NCBI GenBank assembly: GCA_963815455.1
Contig: CAWFGO010000005.1
Location: forward strand, 160,001 to 224,000
Length of the DNA stretch: 64,000 bases
Direction of reading: 5' to 3'
From: an uncultured Verrucomicrobiae bacterium
GTDB taxonomy: Bacteria; Verrucomicrobiota; Verrucomicrobiia; Chthoniobacterales; UBA10450
The notes below the pieces were generated by a model. That model was not told the DNA's origin. It ran no database searches and saw only the letters and a list, made by a program, of their open reading frames with translations. How positions within the stretch are numbered: the first letter of the stretch is position 1; the number at the start of each line of letters is the position of its first letter. The position numbers were made by a program, and so were the translations under genes. Below, piece after piece: positions 22,349 through 31,991 of this stretch.

Positions 22349-23038
22349 ATGAATATCTCCATTGTTGTGCCGGTCTTGAATGAAGCGTTGCTCATTGAGT
22401 CTTGTCTGCGGCAATTGCGCAAGTGCGTTCCGGAAGCGGAGTTAATTATTGTTGACGGCGGCAGCACCGACGGCACGCTCGATCGCGCCGCGCCATTTTG
22501 CGATCGCGGGATTCGGTCCCGCCGCGGACGCGGTGTGCAAATGAATGCGGGAGCAGAAATCGCCCGGGGCGAGATTCTCTGGTTTTTGCACGTCGATGTG
22601 AAGCCGCCGCCGCAATGCTCGATGAAAATCGCGCAAGCAGTCAGCGATGGAGATGTCGTGGGCGGGTTTTTTCGGATTCAGTTGCCGCGATCGCGCTTCG
22701 TTTACCGGTGGACCGATACGTTTGCTCATTATGCCGGCCTCATCCTGGGGCTGCGCTATAGCGATCACGGTTTCTTTTGCCGGCGCGAAATTTTCTTTCG
22801 GATCGGCGGCTTTCCCGATGAACCGTTAATGGAAGACGCAGATTTTTTCCGGAAACTGCGCAAAGCAGGTCGGATTGCTGTGATCGAGCAACCACTCGTG
22901 GTCGATCCCCGGCGGTATGAATTGATCGGGCCGGTCTGGCTGACCTTCGTATATGGAGTGATCAGCCTGTTGTATTTGTTTCATGCGCCCCGGCCGTTGC
23001 TGCAGTCCATTTATCGCCAGGCTTGTTGTCGATCTTAA
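22349..23038 (+). CDS. GT2 glycosyltransferase, TIGR04283-like
   Basis: VPVLNE, VDGGSTDGT, QMNAGA, LHVD and PLMED. Confidence 0.85.
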   Translation: MNISIVVPVLNEALLIESCLRQLRKCVPEAELIIVDGGSTDGTLDRAAPFCDRGIRSRRGRGVQMNAGAEIARGEILWFLHVDVKPPPQCSMKIAQAVSDGDVVGGFFRIQLPRSRFVYRWTDTFAHYAGLILGLRYSDHGFFCRREIFFRIGGFPDEPLMEDADFFRKLRKAGRIAVIEQPLVVDPRRYELIGPVWLTFVYGVISLLYLFHAPRPLLQSIYRQACCRS

Positions 23039-23083
23039 TGATGGCGCTTGCTCTCGGGAAGGAGCTGCGTCCTATTCAGCGAA

Positions 23084-23836
23084 ATGGGTGACCTGCGATT
23101 GGGAGTAAATATCGATCACGTGGCGACATTGCGGCAGGCGCGCTATGCGACCATGCCGGAATCGAAAAACGCCGAGCCGGATGTGATTGCCGCGGCGTCG
23201 GTTTGCGAGCGGGCCGGGGCGCATGGAATCGTCGCGCATTTGCGGGCCGATCGGCGACACATGCGGGATCGCGATATCGAACGTCTGCGTGAAAATATTA
23301 TTACCAAATTGAATCTCGAAATGGGCAATACACCGGAGATTGTCGATGTTGCGTTGCACATTTTGCCCGATGAAGTCTGTCTCGTACCGGAGAAACGCGA
23401 GGAGATCACAACCGAGGGCGGGCTCGATGTTATTGGGCAACGCGCCGAACTTGAACCTACGATCAAGCGGCTCCAGAGCGCCGGGATTCGGGTGAGTCTT
23501 TTCATCGATCCGGCTTTGGAACAGGTCGACGCGGCGGGGGAGCTCGGCGTCGAGATGGTTGAGTTGCACACCGGTAAACTGGCCAACGCGTTTACCGAAA
23601 AGATCGAGAAGCAGGAACTGGAGAATCTGGAGGCCGCAGCCAAAGCCGCCGCCGAATTGAAGCTGCAGGTAAACGCCGGCCATGGCATCAATTACGCGAA
23701 CATCGATCTCGTCCTGAAAGTGACGCACCTGACCGAACTGAATATCGGGCACTCAATTATCTCGCGGGCGATGTCCGTCGGTTTGGAAAACGCAGTGCGC
23801 GAAATGCTGGCCGCGATGAAGGGTTACCGCGAATGA
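23084..23836 (+). CDS. pdxJ: Pyridoxine 5'-phosphate synthase
   Basis: LGVNIDHVATLRQAR, AGHG and ELNIGH. Confidence 0.97.
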   Translation: MGDLRLGVNIDHVATLRQARYATMPESKNAEPDVIAAASVCERAGAHGIVAHLRADRRHMRDRDIERLRENIITKLNLEMGNTPEIVDVALHILPDEVCLVPEKREEITTEGGLDVIGQRAELEPTIKRLQSAGIRVSLFIDPALEQVDAAGELGVEMVELHTGKLANAFTEKIEKQELENLEAAAKAAAELKLQVNAGHGINYANIDLVLKVTHLTELNIGHSIISRAMSVGLENAVREMLAAMKGYRE

Positions 23837-24219
23837 GTATTCTTGGAATCGGTGTCGATCTTGTCGAGTGTTCGCGCATCGAGCATTCGCTCGAACGATT
23901 CGGCGACAAGTTTTTGCATCGCGTTTTTACTGAGGGCGAGATCGCTTATTCGATGTCGATGAAATTTCCGGCGCGTCATTTGGCTGCGCGATTCGCGGCA
24001 AAAGAAGCTGTCTCGAAAGCATTTGGCACCGGTATTGGCAAATCGATGGGCTGGCGCGACATCGATATTCGCAAGAAGCCAAGCGGCGAACCTTTTCTGG
24101 TTTTCGGGGGAGGCGCGGAGAAACTTGCGAAGAACCGCGGGGTCGCGAATGCGCTCATCACGCTTAGCCACACCGATCATCACGCCATGGCGGCGATCGT
24201 TCTCCAAGGTCTCACCTAG
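23833..24219 (+). CDS. acpS: Holo-ACP synthase
   Basis: GIGVD, RFAAKEAVSKAFGTG and LSH. Confidence 0.97.
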   Translation: MSILGIGVDLVECSRIEHSLERFGDKFLHRVFTEGEIAYSMSMKFPARHLAARFAAKEAVSKAFGTGIGKSMGWRDIDIRKKPSGEPFLVFGGGAEKLAKNRGVANALITLSHTDHHAMAAIVLQGLT

Positions 24220-24295
24220 AACCAAGTGAACTGCGCGTTTCGCTGACGAATCCTAACGGGCGAACATAATCGAGCGGGAACAGGACTTAATCGCC

Positions 24296-25525
24296 TTATG
24301 CGGTTTCCGGAGGATGCACGTTGATGAGGACCAGCAGGTGAAGGAGGTATAGATGTTTGCATATGGAATTGAGGGAAGCCGGCGGGGAAATCTCGCGCAC
24401 CAATTCGCCCAACTTCCGATCAGATCGGCTGTGTTTTACAAGGTCCACGAGCCATCCCGGAGCACGTAGATCGATAACGGTGTTGGTCGGGCGGTTGGTG
24501 ATCGTGATATCCTGGTAGGCAGCGAGTGGACAACGCCGATCCGGCCAAGAGCCGTCACAGATGGAGGATCGCGAAATGCGCCAGCGCAGAAATTCTCTCG
24601 GTTTCTGCCATGGCGGCGTGACGTCCGATTCGGCGGCGCAGAGAACAAGCCGGTGAAAAGTGGAGGGCGAAAGTTGCTCTGCGAGTTTGTGCATCTCAGG
24701 ACGCGAACGTGGATACACAACTTCGTAGAGATCGTTTGTCAGCAATGGCCGTAGGGTGCGATGCGCGGAGTAATCGCCGAGAAAATGGAGGCCGGAATCT
24801 TCACCAAGCTTTGTCCAATCATTGAGCGGGTGATTCGATATCGCCCATCCAAACAAATCGCTCGCGAGGTAGTCGGCTGTCTGATTCGCAGCCCAGCCAA
24901 TCTCATTGCCGGACAACGCGTCGCACACTTTCAACACCGCGCGAACTTTGCGGCTATCTTTGAAACTATCGATGTGAATATTAAACTCAGGCAGAACGCG
25001 TCGCCAAATTTCGCTGAAGTGCGTCCCACCGTTGACTCCGAGATAAACCACGCCTCCACGTGCCAGACATTCGGCAAGATTACGCAAAACCCGGTCTGGA
25101 TGTGGAATGTAACTGAGCACACCATGGCAAGAGACGAAATTAAAGTCTCCGCCCGCAATCTTGCCAAAATCGCGGCTCGTCAGATCAGCCTCGATCATGC
25201 GAATCCGACGCGGAGCGCCTCGCCGCTTTTGCAATTTGCGGGCGATGGAGATTGATCGAGCTGAGAAATCCGCTCCGACCACTTGGGCGTTCGGGAACCG
25301 GCGCTGGAATTCGAACGCTTCATGTCCGGTCCCGCAGCCGGCCACTAAAATGCGTGCTGGATTCAGTCTGCCCCGATTGCAGATCGCGCTGATCCATTCC
25401 CAAGGCGGAAGTTGCCACACTGGCTGGAAAGAAGAGTCTTTTCGGCCCGATGGATACGGAATTCTTTCATATTCGTTTCGAATCCGCCCCCCGAGCGAAA
25501 TCGTTTGTCTCCGGAGCGCTGACAT
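24296..25525 (-). CDS. Class I SAM methyltransferase with C-terminal extension
   Basis: YERIPYP, ILVAGCGTG, CHGVL; winged-helix-like tail. Confidence 0.8.
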   Translation of the reverse strand: MSALRRQTISLGGRIRNEYERIPYPSGRKDSSFQPVWQLPPWEWISAICNRGRLNPARILVAGCGTGHEAFEFQRRFPNAQVVGADFSARSISIARKLQKRRGAPRRIRMIEADLTSRDFGKIAGGDFNFVSCHGVLSYIPHPDRVLRNLAECLARGGVVYLGVNGGTHFSEIWRRVLPEFNIHIDSFKDSRKVRAVLKVCDALSGNEIGWAANQTADYLASDLFGWAISNHPLNDWTKLGEDSGLHFLGDYSAHRTLRPLLTNDLYEVVYPRSRPEMHKLAEQLSPSTFHRLVLCAAESDVTPPWQKPREFLRWRISRSSICDGSWPDRRCPLAAYQDITITNRPTNTVIDLRAPGWLVDLVKHSRSDRKLGELVREISPPASLNSICKHLYLLHLLVLINVHPPETA

Positions 25526-25655
25526 GCCTCCACGCTAGAGCGTGCCGAAGTATCGAGCGAGAGAAACCACGGTGCAAAGCGTACTTCGCGGTGACCAAAG
25601 CGAGGCTTGACTACGACGCGGGTATCTGTTAGAGGCGTTCAATCTGTAAAAACTC

Positions 25656-25820
25656 ATGAACACAAAAAAGCCTTCCTCAAAATCAAAGAAATCGAAAACG
25701 GCGGTGAGAATAAGAGATATTGATTCGAAGAAAAATCCACGAGGGGGACTAAAAGCAGGAGCCAGCGAAGTGCTGTACGAAGCTATTCAGGGGCTGCCCT
25801 CCCAGCAGGTTCCTCACTAA
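25656..25820 (+). CDS. 54-aa Lys-rich peptide with a double-glycine leader-like motif
   Basis: MNTKKPSSKSKKSKTAVRIRDIDSKKNPRGG-LKAGASEVLYEAIQGLPSQQVPH*; below the ORF-track cutoff. Confidence 0.6.
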   Translation: MNTKKPSSKSKKSKTAVRIRDIDSKKNPRGGLKAGASEVLYEAIQGLPSQQVPH

Positions 25821-26165
25821 ATCACAATCTGACCATTGCTGTTCAGTTTCGGCGGTCATCGGGATTAGGTTGAGGGAAGGACCTTACTGATCGACGTGGT
25901 GATTGGCCTATTCCAATCCGTTGCTCGACGGCGGATTCGATGTTCGGCTGGGCGCTGCCCCAATGTTTGACCAGGCTCTCGCTGGTTGCCGCCTTCACCT
26001 CGCCCCCAGACGGCTCCGTTACCAGGCCGGCGCAGAAGTGCAGAGATCCCTGGCCACGATCGTAAGTTTCTCCAGCGAGCAGCGCCGATTCTGCTTCCCA
26101 AAGCAGTCGCTGCCCGGCAATACTGATTGCGTCATTCAGGAAGTAAACCGTAACTCCCTGCGCTT

Positions 26166-26678
26166 ATGAATGCTCGATTGTTCGCCGCCGTCGGAATCAG
26201 CTTGGTATTAGCAAGCTCAGTTCGCGCTCAAGGCTACGGTGGCTCCGGCCGAATGCAGCCGCAAGCTCCGCATTCGCAGCCGATGCAAACGCAGGGGCCT
26301 GTTCATCAGGAAAAACAGCAGGAGAATACGACGCAAGAACAGGTAACCGGCCCGGAAGTTTCCACCGCGATCCAACAATATGTTGACGCGTCGAGCAAAA
26401 AAACGGCCGATAAGAAATTTCACGTCAAACATGACGGTAAAGACATTGCGCTCGGTTCGCTCAAGATTCATGACGATCGCATGGCCAGTCTCGGCGGCGG
26501 AAAATTTGTCGCCTGCACCGACATGCGGGGCGGCGATGGCAAATCATACGACATCGATTTCTTTCTCGGCGGCAAACCGGGCAGCGTAAGAGTCACCCAA
26601 GCGAGCGTCCACAAGATCGATGGCAACGCGCTCTACAGCTGGAAAAAGCAGGGTGGCGTCTGGAAAATGTCGCGCTAG
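26166..26678 (+). CDS. Secreted protein of unknown function, paralog 1
   Basis: Signal peptide, Gln-rich linker and ACTDM..YDIDFF..VHKIDG domain. Confidence 0.8.
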   Translation: MNARLFAAVGISLVLASSVRAQGYGGSGRMQPQAPHSQPMQTQGPVHQEKQQENTTQEQVTGPEVSTAIQQYVDASSKKTADKKFHVKHDGKDIALGSLKIHDDRMASLGGGKFVACTDMRGGDGKSYDIDFFLGGKPGSVRVTQASVHKIDGNALYSWKKQGGVWKMSR

Positions 26679-26753
26679 GCCGACTGGCAAGGGTCTAGGT
26701 TAACCTCGATTCGCAGTTGGACGTTCGGCCGCGAACGTTCGACGGTTTGCTTA

Positions 26754-27893
26754 ATGCATCTGATTTGGATGAGTCTTTATCACGCGCTGGCCATGCTTTG
26801 GCAGACGTTCTGGGCGCTTGTATTTGGCTTTAGTATTTCCGCCGCGCTCCAGGTTTTCGTAAGCAGGGAGCGAATGAGCCGGGCGTTCGGGAAAACAAAT
26901 TTGAGATCGGTTGCGATCGCTACCGGCCTTGGCGCGGCGAGCAGTTCTTGTTCGTATGCCGCCGCTGCGGCGGCGCGCAGTGCCGTGCAACAAGGCGCTG
27001 CCCTCATTCCCGCACTGGCTTTCATGTTCGCTTCGACCAATCTCGTCATCGAACTCGGGGCAGTGCTTTGGCTGTTGATGGGCTGGCGATTCGTTTTGGC
27101 GGAATTCGTCGGCGCATTTGTTTTGATCGGGTTGGTTTGGTTGATGGTTCGCTGGTTCTTGCCAAAGAATGTTGAAGACGAGGCTCGAAGACATGCCGAG
27201 GAAAAAGGAGGCGATTCGGGGTGTTGTCATGAGCACCCGCCTTCGCGTGGCTCCGGCGTGGCAGGCAAGCAGGAGCAGGAGCAGGAGGGAAGAGTTGGGA
27301 AGTGGACGGCGATGGCGAATGCGTTCGTGATGGATTGGATGATGCTCTGGAAGGAATTGCTGGCCGGCTTTTTGATCGCAGGATTTATCGGCACGCTGGT
27401 GCCGCATTCATGGTGGCAGGTCTTGTTCCTGCAGACCGGCCCGGATTGGTTGCGTCTGATCGAGAATGCGATCGTCGGACCGCTGGTGGCGATTGCCTCC
27501 TTCGTTTGCTCGGTCGGCAATATCCCGCTGGCCAGTCACCTCTGGGCGAACGGGATCAGCTTCGGTGGAGTGATTGCCTTTATTTACGCTGACCTGCTCG
27601 TGGTTCCGTTGATCATTATTTACGGCAAGTATTACGGTGCCCGGGCGGCTGCATGGATCGCCGGCATTTTCTTTGTCGCGATGGTAACCGCGGGCATCGT
27701 GGTCGATCTGCTATTCAATGTTCTGGGGTTGATTCCGACCGGCCCAAGACAGGCGAGTGCCGTTCAACACGTCAGCATTTCGTGGAATTATACCAGCCGG
27801 CTCGATCTCATCGCGCTCGTCGCTTTTTTTTGGTTGGTCTATCTCCATTTCCGCAGGAGCGGCGCGAGCGCACACGCGCGCGCCCGCCATTGA
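26754..27893 (+). CDS. ArsP/DUF318-type permease
   Basis: SSSCSYAA and SFVCSVGNIP motifs; CCHEH loop. Confidence 0.85.
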   Translation: MHLIWMSLYHALAMLWQTFWALVFGFSISAALQVFVSRERMSRAFGKTNLRSVAIATGLGAASSSCSYAAAAAARSAVQQGAALIPALAFMFASTNLVIELGAVLWLLMGWRFVLAEFVGAFVLIGLVWLMVRWFLPKNVEDEARRHAEEKGGDSGCCHEHPPSRGSGVAGKQEQEQEGRVGKWTAMANAFVMDWMMLWKELLAGFLIAGFIGTLVPHSWWQVLFLQTGPDWLRLIENAIVGPLVAIASFVCSVGNIPLASHLWANGISFGGVIAFIYADLLVVPLIIIYGKYYGARAAAWIAGIFFVAMVTAGIVVDLLFNVLGLIPTGPRQASAVQHVSISWNYTSRLDLIALVAFFWLVYLHFRRSGASAHARARH

Positions 27894-27988
27894 GCGCCGA
27901 TTTCACTCAGATCGCTATTTTGCTTTTCAAAAGTCTCCGAACAATCAAGACTGAGGCCCTTGGCAGGTAACGAAATTTTAACCCTTTC

Positions 27989-28507
27989 ATGTTTATGATT
28001 ATACGATTGTTTGTCGCAGTTGGGTTAGTTGTAGCAACGACCGGTGCGCTTCGAGGCCAGGGTTACGGCGGTCACTCGGGGGGCGGTATGCAGAATCAGC
28101 AGCCGCGGACTTCGCAACCGACACAGGCAACAGAGCCGCAGACGCAGACGAAGCAGGAGCACGTGGTCGTGATGGGTGGGGCGGATGTTACTGCTGGAAT
28201 CCAACAGTACATCGAAGCTGCGGCCAGGAAATCGTCGGACAAACAACTTCATGTCAAACATGCGGGCCAGGATATCGCGCTGGATTCTCTTAAGGTGCAT
28301 GACGACCGAATGGCAGATTTGGGCGGCGGCAAATTCGTTGGCTGCACCAACATGCGCGGCGGGGATGGCAAATCGTACGACATCGATTTCTTTCTTACCG
28401 GACAGCGTGGCAACCTGAAGGTGACCAAAGTGTCGGTTCATAAGATCGACGGCGAGGCCCTTTACAGCTGGAAAAAGCAAGGCGGCGTTTGGAAGATGTC
28501 GAAGTAA
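27989..28507 (+). CDS. Secreted protein, paralog 2
   Basis: Highly similar to 26166-26678. Confidence 0.8.
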   Translation: MFMIIRLFVAVGLVVATTGALRGQGYGGHSGGGMQNQQPRTSQPTQATEPQTQTKQEHVVVMGGADVTAGIQQYIEAAARKSSDKQLHVKHAGQDIALDSLKVHDDRMADLGGGKFVGCTNMRGGDGKSYDIDFFLTGQRGNLKVTKVSVHKIDGEALYSWKKQGGVWKMSK

Positions 28508-28582
28508 AACGCGTTGTTCCCGTGTGCCACGTCGTTATTTTGGCGTTGCAATTAAGGGCTGAAACCGGATCTTCGATTTCCG

Positions 28583-29122
28583 ATGTTCAAACGGATCGTC
28601 ACAGTGGTCGCCGCCTTGTCTGTCGCCTCAGTCGCGCTTGGCCAATCGACCTACAGCCGCCCGAGGTCGCAGTCGCCAACGCCGACACCGACGCCAACTC
28701 GATCGAAACTGACAACGGTACCGGCGCGAGCACAGATGAATCCGGCCCCGACCCCGACGCCGATTCGGTCCAGACAGATGGCCACGCAGCCGCAGCCGCG
28801 ACCAACCCCGTCACCGGCGCCGATGCCAGTTCAGGTAAGGCCAACGCCGACGCCAGTGCCTCCTCCCGATATTAAAACTTATTTGGATCGCCAGCTGGCA
28901 AACTCCAAAGACCAGAAATTTCACGTCACGGCGCGCGGCAAAGATCTTCCCCTTACGCCGTTCCATTTTTGGTCTCAAAAGAGTACCGGTCCCAACAGCA
29001 CCACGACGTGCGTCGACATGCGGAGCGAGGATGGTACGGTGTTCGACATTGATTTTTTGACCACCGGTGCGCAGGTGACTGGGATCAGGATTCACCGGAT
29101 CAATGGCGAGTCTGTGCGATAG
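28583..29122 (+). CDS. Secreted Pro/Thr-linker protein, divergent paralog 3
   Basis: KFHV..GKD..CVDM..FDIDF..IHRING. Confidence 0.75.
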   Translation: MFKRIVTVVAALSVASVALGQSTYSRPRSQSPTPTPTPTRSKLTTVPARAQMNPAPTPTPIRSRQMATQPQPRPTPSPAPMPVQVRPTPTPVPPPDIKTYLDRQLANSKDQKFHVTARGKDLPLTPFHFWSQKSTGPNSTTTCVDMRSEDGTVFDIDFLTTGAQVTGIRIHRINGESVR

Positions 29123-29211
29123 CGGATCCCTGCTTATCAAGTTGTAACGGCAGGCCGGGGTCTTTTCGCAATAGTATTGCCCGCGATGCTTTCTTGGTAT
29201 GAGATAACGGC

Positions 29212-29937
29212 ATGTTGCGCCAGGCGCGCATGAAAAACAGCCCGGAGATCGTAAACGGCTTTCGCATGCGCGGACGCGAGGTCACGCGCCTCGAATCATT
29301 CAGCGATGCTGTCTTCGGCTTCGCGCTGACGCTTCTCGTCGTCTCGCTCGATGTGCCGAAAAATTTCGACGATCTCCTGAACACGATGCGCGGCTTCCCC
29401 GCCTTTGCGGTCTGTTTCATTCTGCTCGCGATCATTTGGAATAGTCATTACAAATTTTGCCGCCGTTACGGCCTCGAGGATACTACGGCGCGTGTTCTCA
29501 CCTGCGCGTTGCTCTTTCTTGTCTTGTTCTACGTTTACCCGCTGAAGTTTCTCTTCAGTATGAGTTTCAACGACATGCTCTTTGGCCGCGCTGCCAACAG
29601 CGTGCCGATGACTGCGTCGCAGGTCTCAACGTTGCTCGTCATTTATGGCCTTGGGTTCACGGCAGTTTATCTTGCGTTGACTGTTCTTTACCTGCACGCA
29701 TGGCGACTGCGGGAAATGCTCCAACTGAATGACCTGGAGAAATTCGATACGCGTTACATCATCTGCCGATTGCTCTTGCTGGTCGGGGTCGGGATCATCG
29801 CCGCCGCGCTCGCTTCTCGTCGCTCGACTCTGAAATGGAGCGGTTACTCCTATCTCCTGCTTTTCGTCATTTTGCGGTTGCACACGATTCTTCATCGGAA
29901 GCGACGGAAAACGTTTCTCAACGAGGTTAAGTCCTGA
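29212..29937 (+). CDS. TMEM175/DUF1211 family membrane protein
   Basis: RLESFSDAVFGFALTLLV. Confidence 0.85.
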   Translation: MLRQARMKNSPEIVNGFRMRGREVTRLESFSDAVFGFALTLLVVSLDVPKNFDDLLNTMRGFPAFAVCFILLAIIWNSHYKFCRRYGLEDTTARVLTCALLFLVLFYVYPLKFLFSMSFNDMLFGRAANSVPMTASQVSTLLVIYGLGFTAVYLALTVLYLHAWRLREMLQLNDLEKFDTRYIICRLLLLVGVGIIAAALASRRSTLKWSGYSYLLLFVILRLHTILHRKRRKTFLNEVKS

Positions 29938-29985
29938 CGCGCGGTTTGCAGAGACGGGTAGACCTCCGCTACCTTGCGCAAGCCC

Positions 29986-31581
29986 ATGCCTAAGACGTTC
30001 TATATCACCACGGCAATCGATTACACGAACTCGGCGCCGCATATCGGTCACGCTTATGAAAAAGTGCTGGCCGATGTGATTGCACGCTATCACCGGCTCA
30101 AGGGTGAGAAGGTTTTCTTTTTGACCGGGGTCGATCAGCATGGGCAGAAGGTCCAGCAGTCCGCGGCCAAGGCCGGCGTCGATCCGGCGGAGTTCGTCGA
30201 AGGAATCACCCAGAAGTTCATCGATCTTTGGGAGAAACTTGATGTTAAATACGATGCTTGGGCGGCTACAACTGATCCGCTTCACAAGAAAGTCGTTCAA
30301 GGCATCCTGCAGCGACTTTGGGACGAGAAACAAATCTACAAAGATAAACAGTCCGGGTATTATTCAGTTCGGCAGGAACAATTCCTGACTGACAAAGAAC
30401 GCGGACCCGATGGCGAGTTCGGCCCGGAATGGGGCCAGGTCGAATTCCGCGAAGAAGAAAATTATTATTTCAAGCTCAGCCGGCACAAGGATTGGCTGCT
30501 GTCGTACATCGACAACCCCGAAATATTCGGGGCTCGCGAAGGCGTTCGGAGTCGCCGCGCTGCGGTCATTCCCGATTTTCGCCAGACCGAATTGCGTAAC
30601 GCGGTTGAGAAGCTGAGCGGAGACCTATGCATTTCGCGTCCAAAATCGCGATTGGACTGGGGGATCGAACTGCCATTCGACAAGGATTATGTCACGTATG
30701 TTTGGTTCGACGCGCTGACGAATTACATCAGTTTCATTGGCTACGATCCGAAACTCTCAACCTTCAACTCTCAGCCATCAACTTTCCGCGACAAATGGCC
30801 TGCGCTCCAAGTCCTCGGCAAAGACATTCTAATTCCCGCGCACGGCATTTACTGGCTGATCATGCTGCACGCCATCGGGTTTCCCGACGATCAAATGCCG
30901 CAATTACTCGTGCACGGCTGGTGGAATTTGGCGGGCGCGAAGATGAGCAAGAGTGAGGGGAACATCGTCGATCCATTCGTGCTCGCCGATAAATACGGCG
31001 CGGAAGCGTTGCGCTATTATCTGATGAGCGATATTGCGACTGGTAAAGACGCCGATTTTTCCGAGGAGCGTCTGATCGGGCGGTTTAACACCGATCTGGC
31101 AAATTCGGTTGGTAATTTGCTTAATCGATTCTTGAACATGGCCGGGAAATACAGCCGAGGGAAATTGACTGCCATTTTGGATGGTGGCCTTCGATCGAAA
31201 GCAGAATATTTGGTGGAAGTGTATCAAGCCTTGATGAATGGCAATGACACATCTGCTGCAATGGCCCACACTCTTCGTTTTGCGACCGAAGCAAATCAGC
31301 ATGTCGAACAAACGGCACCGTGGAAATTGGCGAAGCAGGGAGAGCAAGGCGCTTTGGATCGTGTCCTTTGTCAACTTGCCGAGTCATTGCGGATCATTGC
31401 GCTTTTGCTCGCACCGGTATTGCCCAAAGCAGCACATGGAATTTTCGATCAACTGAATTGGAAAATGGAGTTGAGCGGAAAAGAAGAGCGGTTTTCGTTT
31501 AAAGACGCGGAGTGGGGGAGATTACCGGATGGGCATGGGGTGGGGAAACCGGTGCCGTTGTTCCCGCGGATTGAAACGTGA
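29986..31581 (+). CDS. metG: Methionine-tRNA ligase
   Basis: HIGH, YVWFDAL, GKDI and KMSKS. Confidence 0.97.
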   Translation: MPKTFYITTAIDYTNSAPHIGHAYEKVLADVIARYHRLKGEKVFFLTGVDQHGQKVQQSAAKAGVDPAEFVEGITQKFIDLWEKLDVKYDAWAATTDPLHKKVVQGILQRLWDEKQIYKDKQSGYYSVRQEQFLTDKERGPDGEFGPEWGQVEFREEENYYFKLSRHKDWLLSYIDNPEIFGAREGVRSRRAAVIPDFRQTELRNAVEKLSGDLCISRPKSRLDWGIELPFDKDYVTYVWFDALTNYISFIGYDPKLSTFNSQPSTFRDKWPALQVLGKDILIPAHGIYWLIMLHAIGFPDDQMPQLLVHGWWNLAGAKMSKSEGNIVDPFVLADKYGAEALRYYLMSDIATGKDADFSEERLIGRFNTDLANSVGNLLNRFLNMAGKYSRGKLTAILDGGLRSKAEYLVEVYQALMNGNDTSAAMAHTLRFATEANQHVEQTAPWKLAKQGEQGALDRVLCQLAESLRIIALLLAPVLPKAAHGIFDQLNWKMELSGKEERFSFKDAEWGRLPDGHGVGKPVPLFPRIET

Positions 31582-31586
31582 TGTCC

Positions 31587-31730
31587 GGGGAGCACAGGCT
31601 GCCAGCCTGTTCATCTCGGCAGCTTGCCGAGATGCTGCGTTGAATGTGATTAACGCGCCAATTTTCATTTCGCGCCCAAGATGTTGCCGGCAAGCTGCCG
31701 GCAACTGCAGGCTGGCAGCCTGCGCTCCCC
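31587..31730. repeat. REP-like inverted-repeat element
   Basis: Same family as 13173-13313. Confidence 0.8.
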
Positions 31731-31752
31731 AGACACCCACGATGCACGCGCG

Positions 31753-31974
31753 CTACTCAGGTAGCTCGTCCATCATTTCGCGTTTCAAATGCTGGCGCGC
31801 GGATTTCTTGATCGCGCGCCGCGCGGCCGCTACGGCTTGCTTCTCCGCCTTGCGTTCGTTTCGCGTGCGCGGATCGATCATGCTGGGCAAATGCGAAACC
31901 TTCGGCCGCTGCGCGCCTGTCTTCTTTTCCTTGGGCTTGGCGTAGGGATCCACGGTTGAGCTTATCACCGGCAT
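31753..31974 (-). CDS. Small basic hypothetical protein (73 aa)
   Basis: MPVISSTVDPY...; joined to the upstream ORF only through a probable frameshift. Confidence 0.55.
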   Translation of the reverse strand: MPVISSTVDPYAKPKEKKTGAQRPKVSHLPSMIDPRTRNERKAEKQAVAAARRAIKKSARQHLKREMMDELPE

Positions 31975-31991
31975 CCGACTTGCGAAAACCT

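Noticed and set aside
25843..26160. Stop-free minus-strand frame of ~105 codons
   Set aside because: No convincing start codon, RBS or recognisable motif
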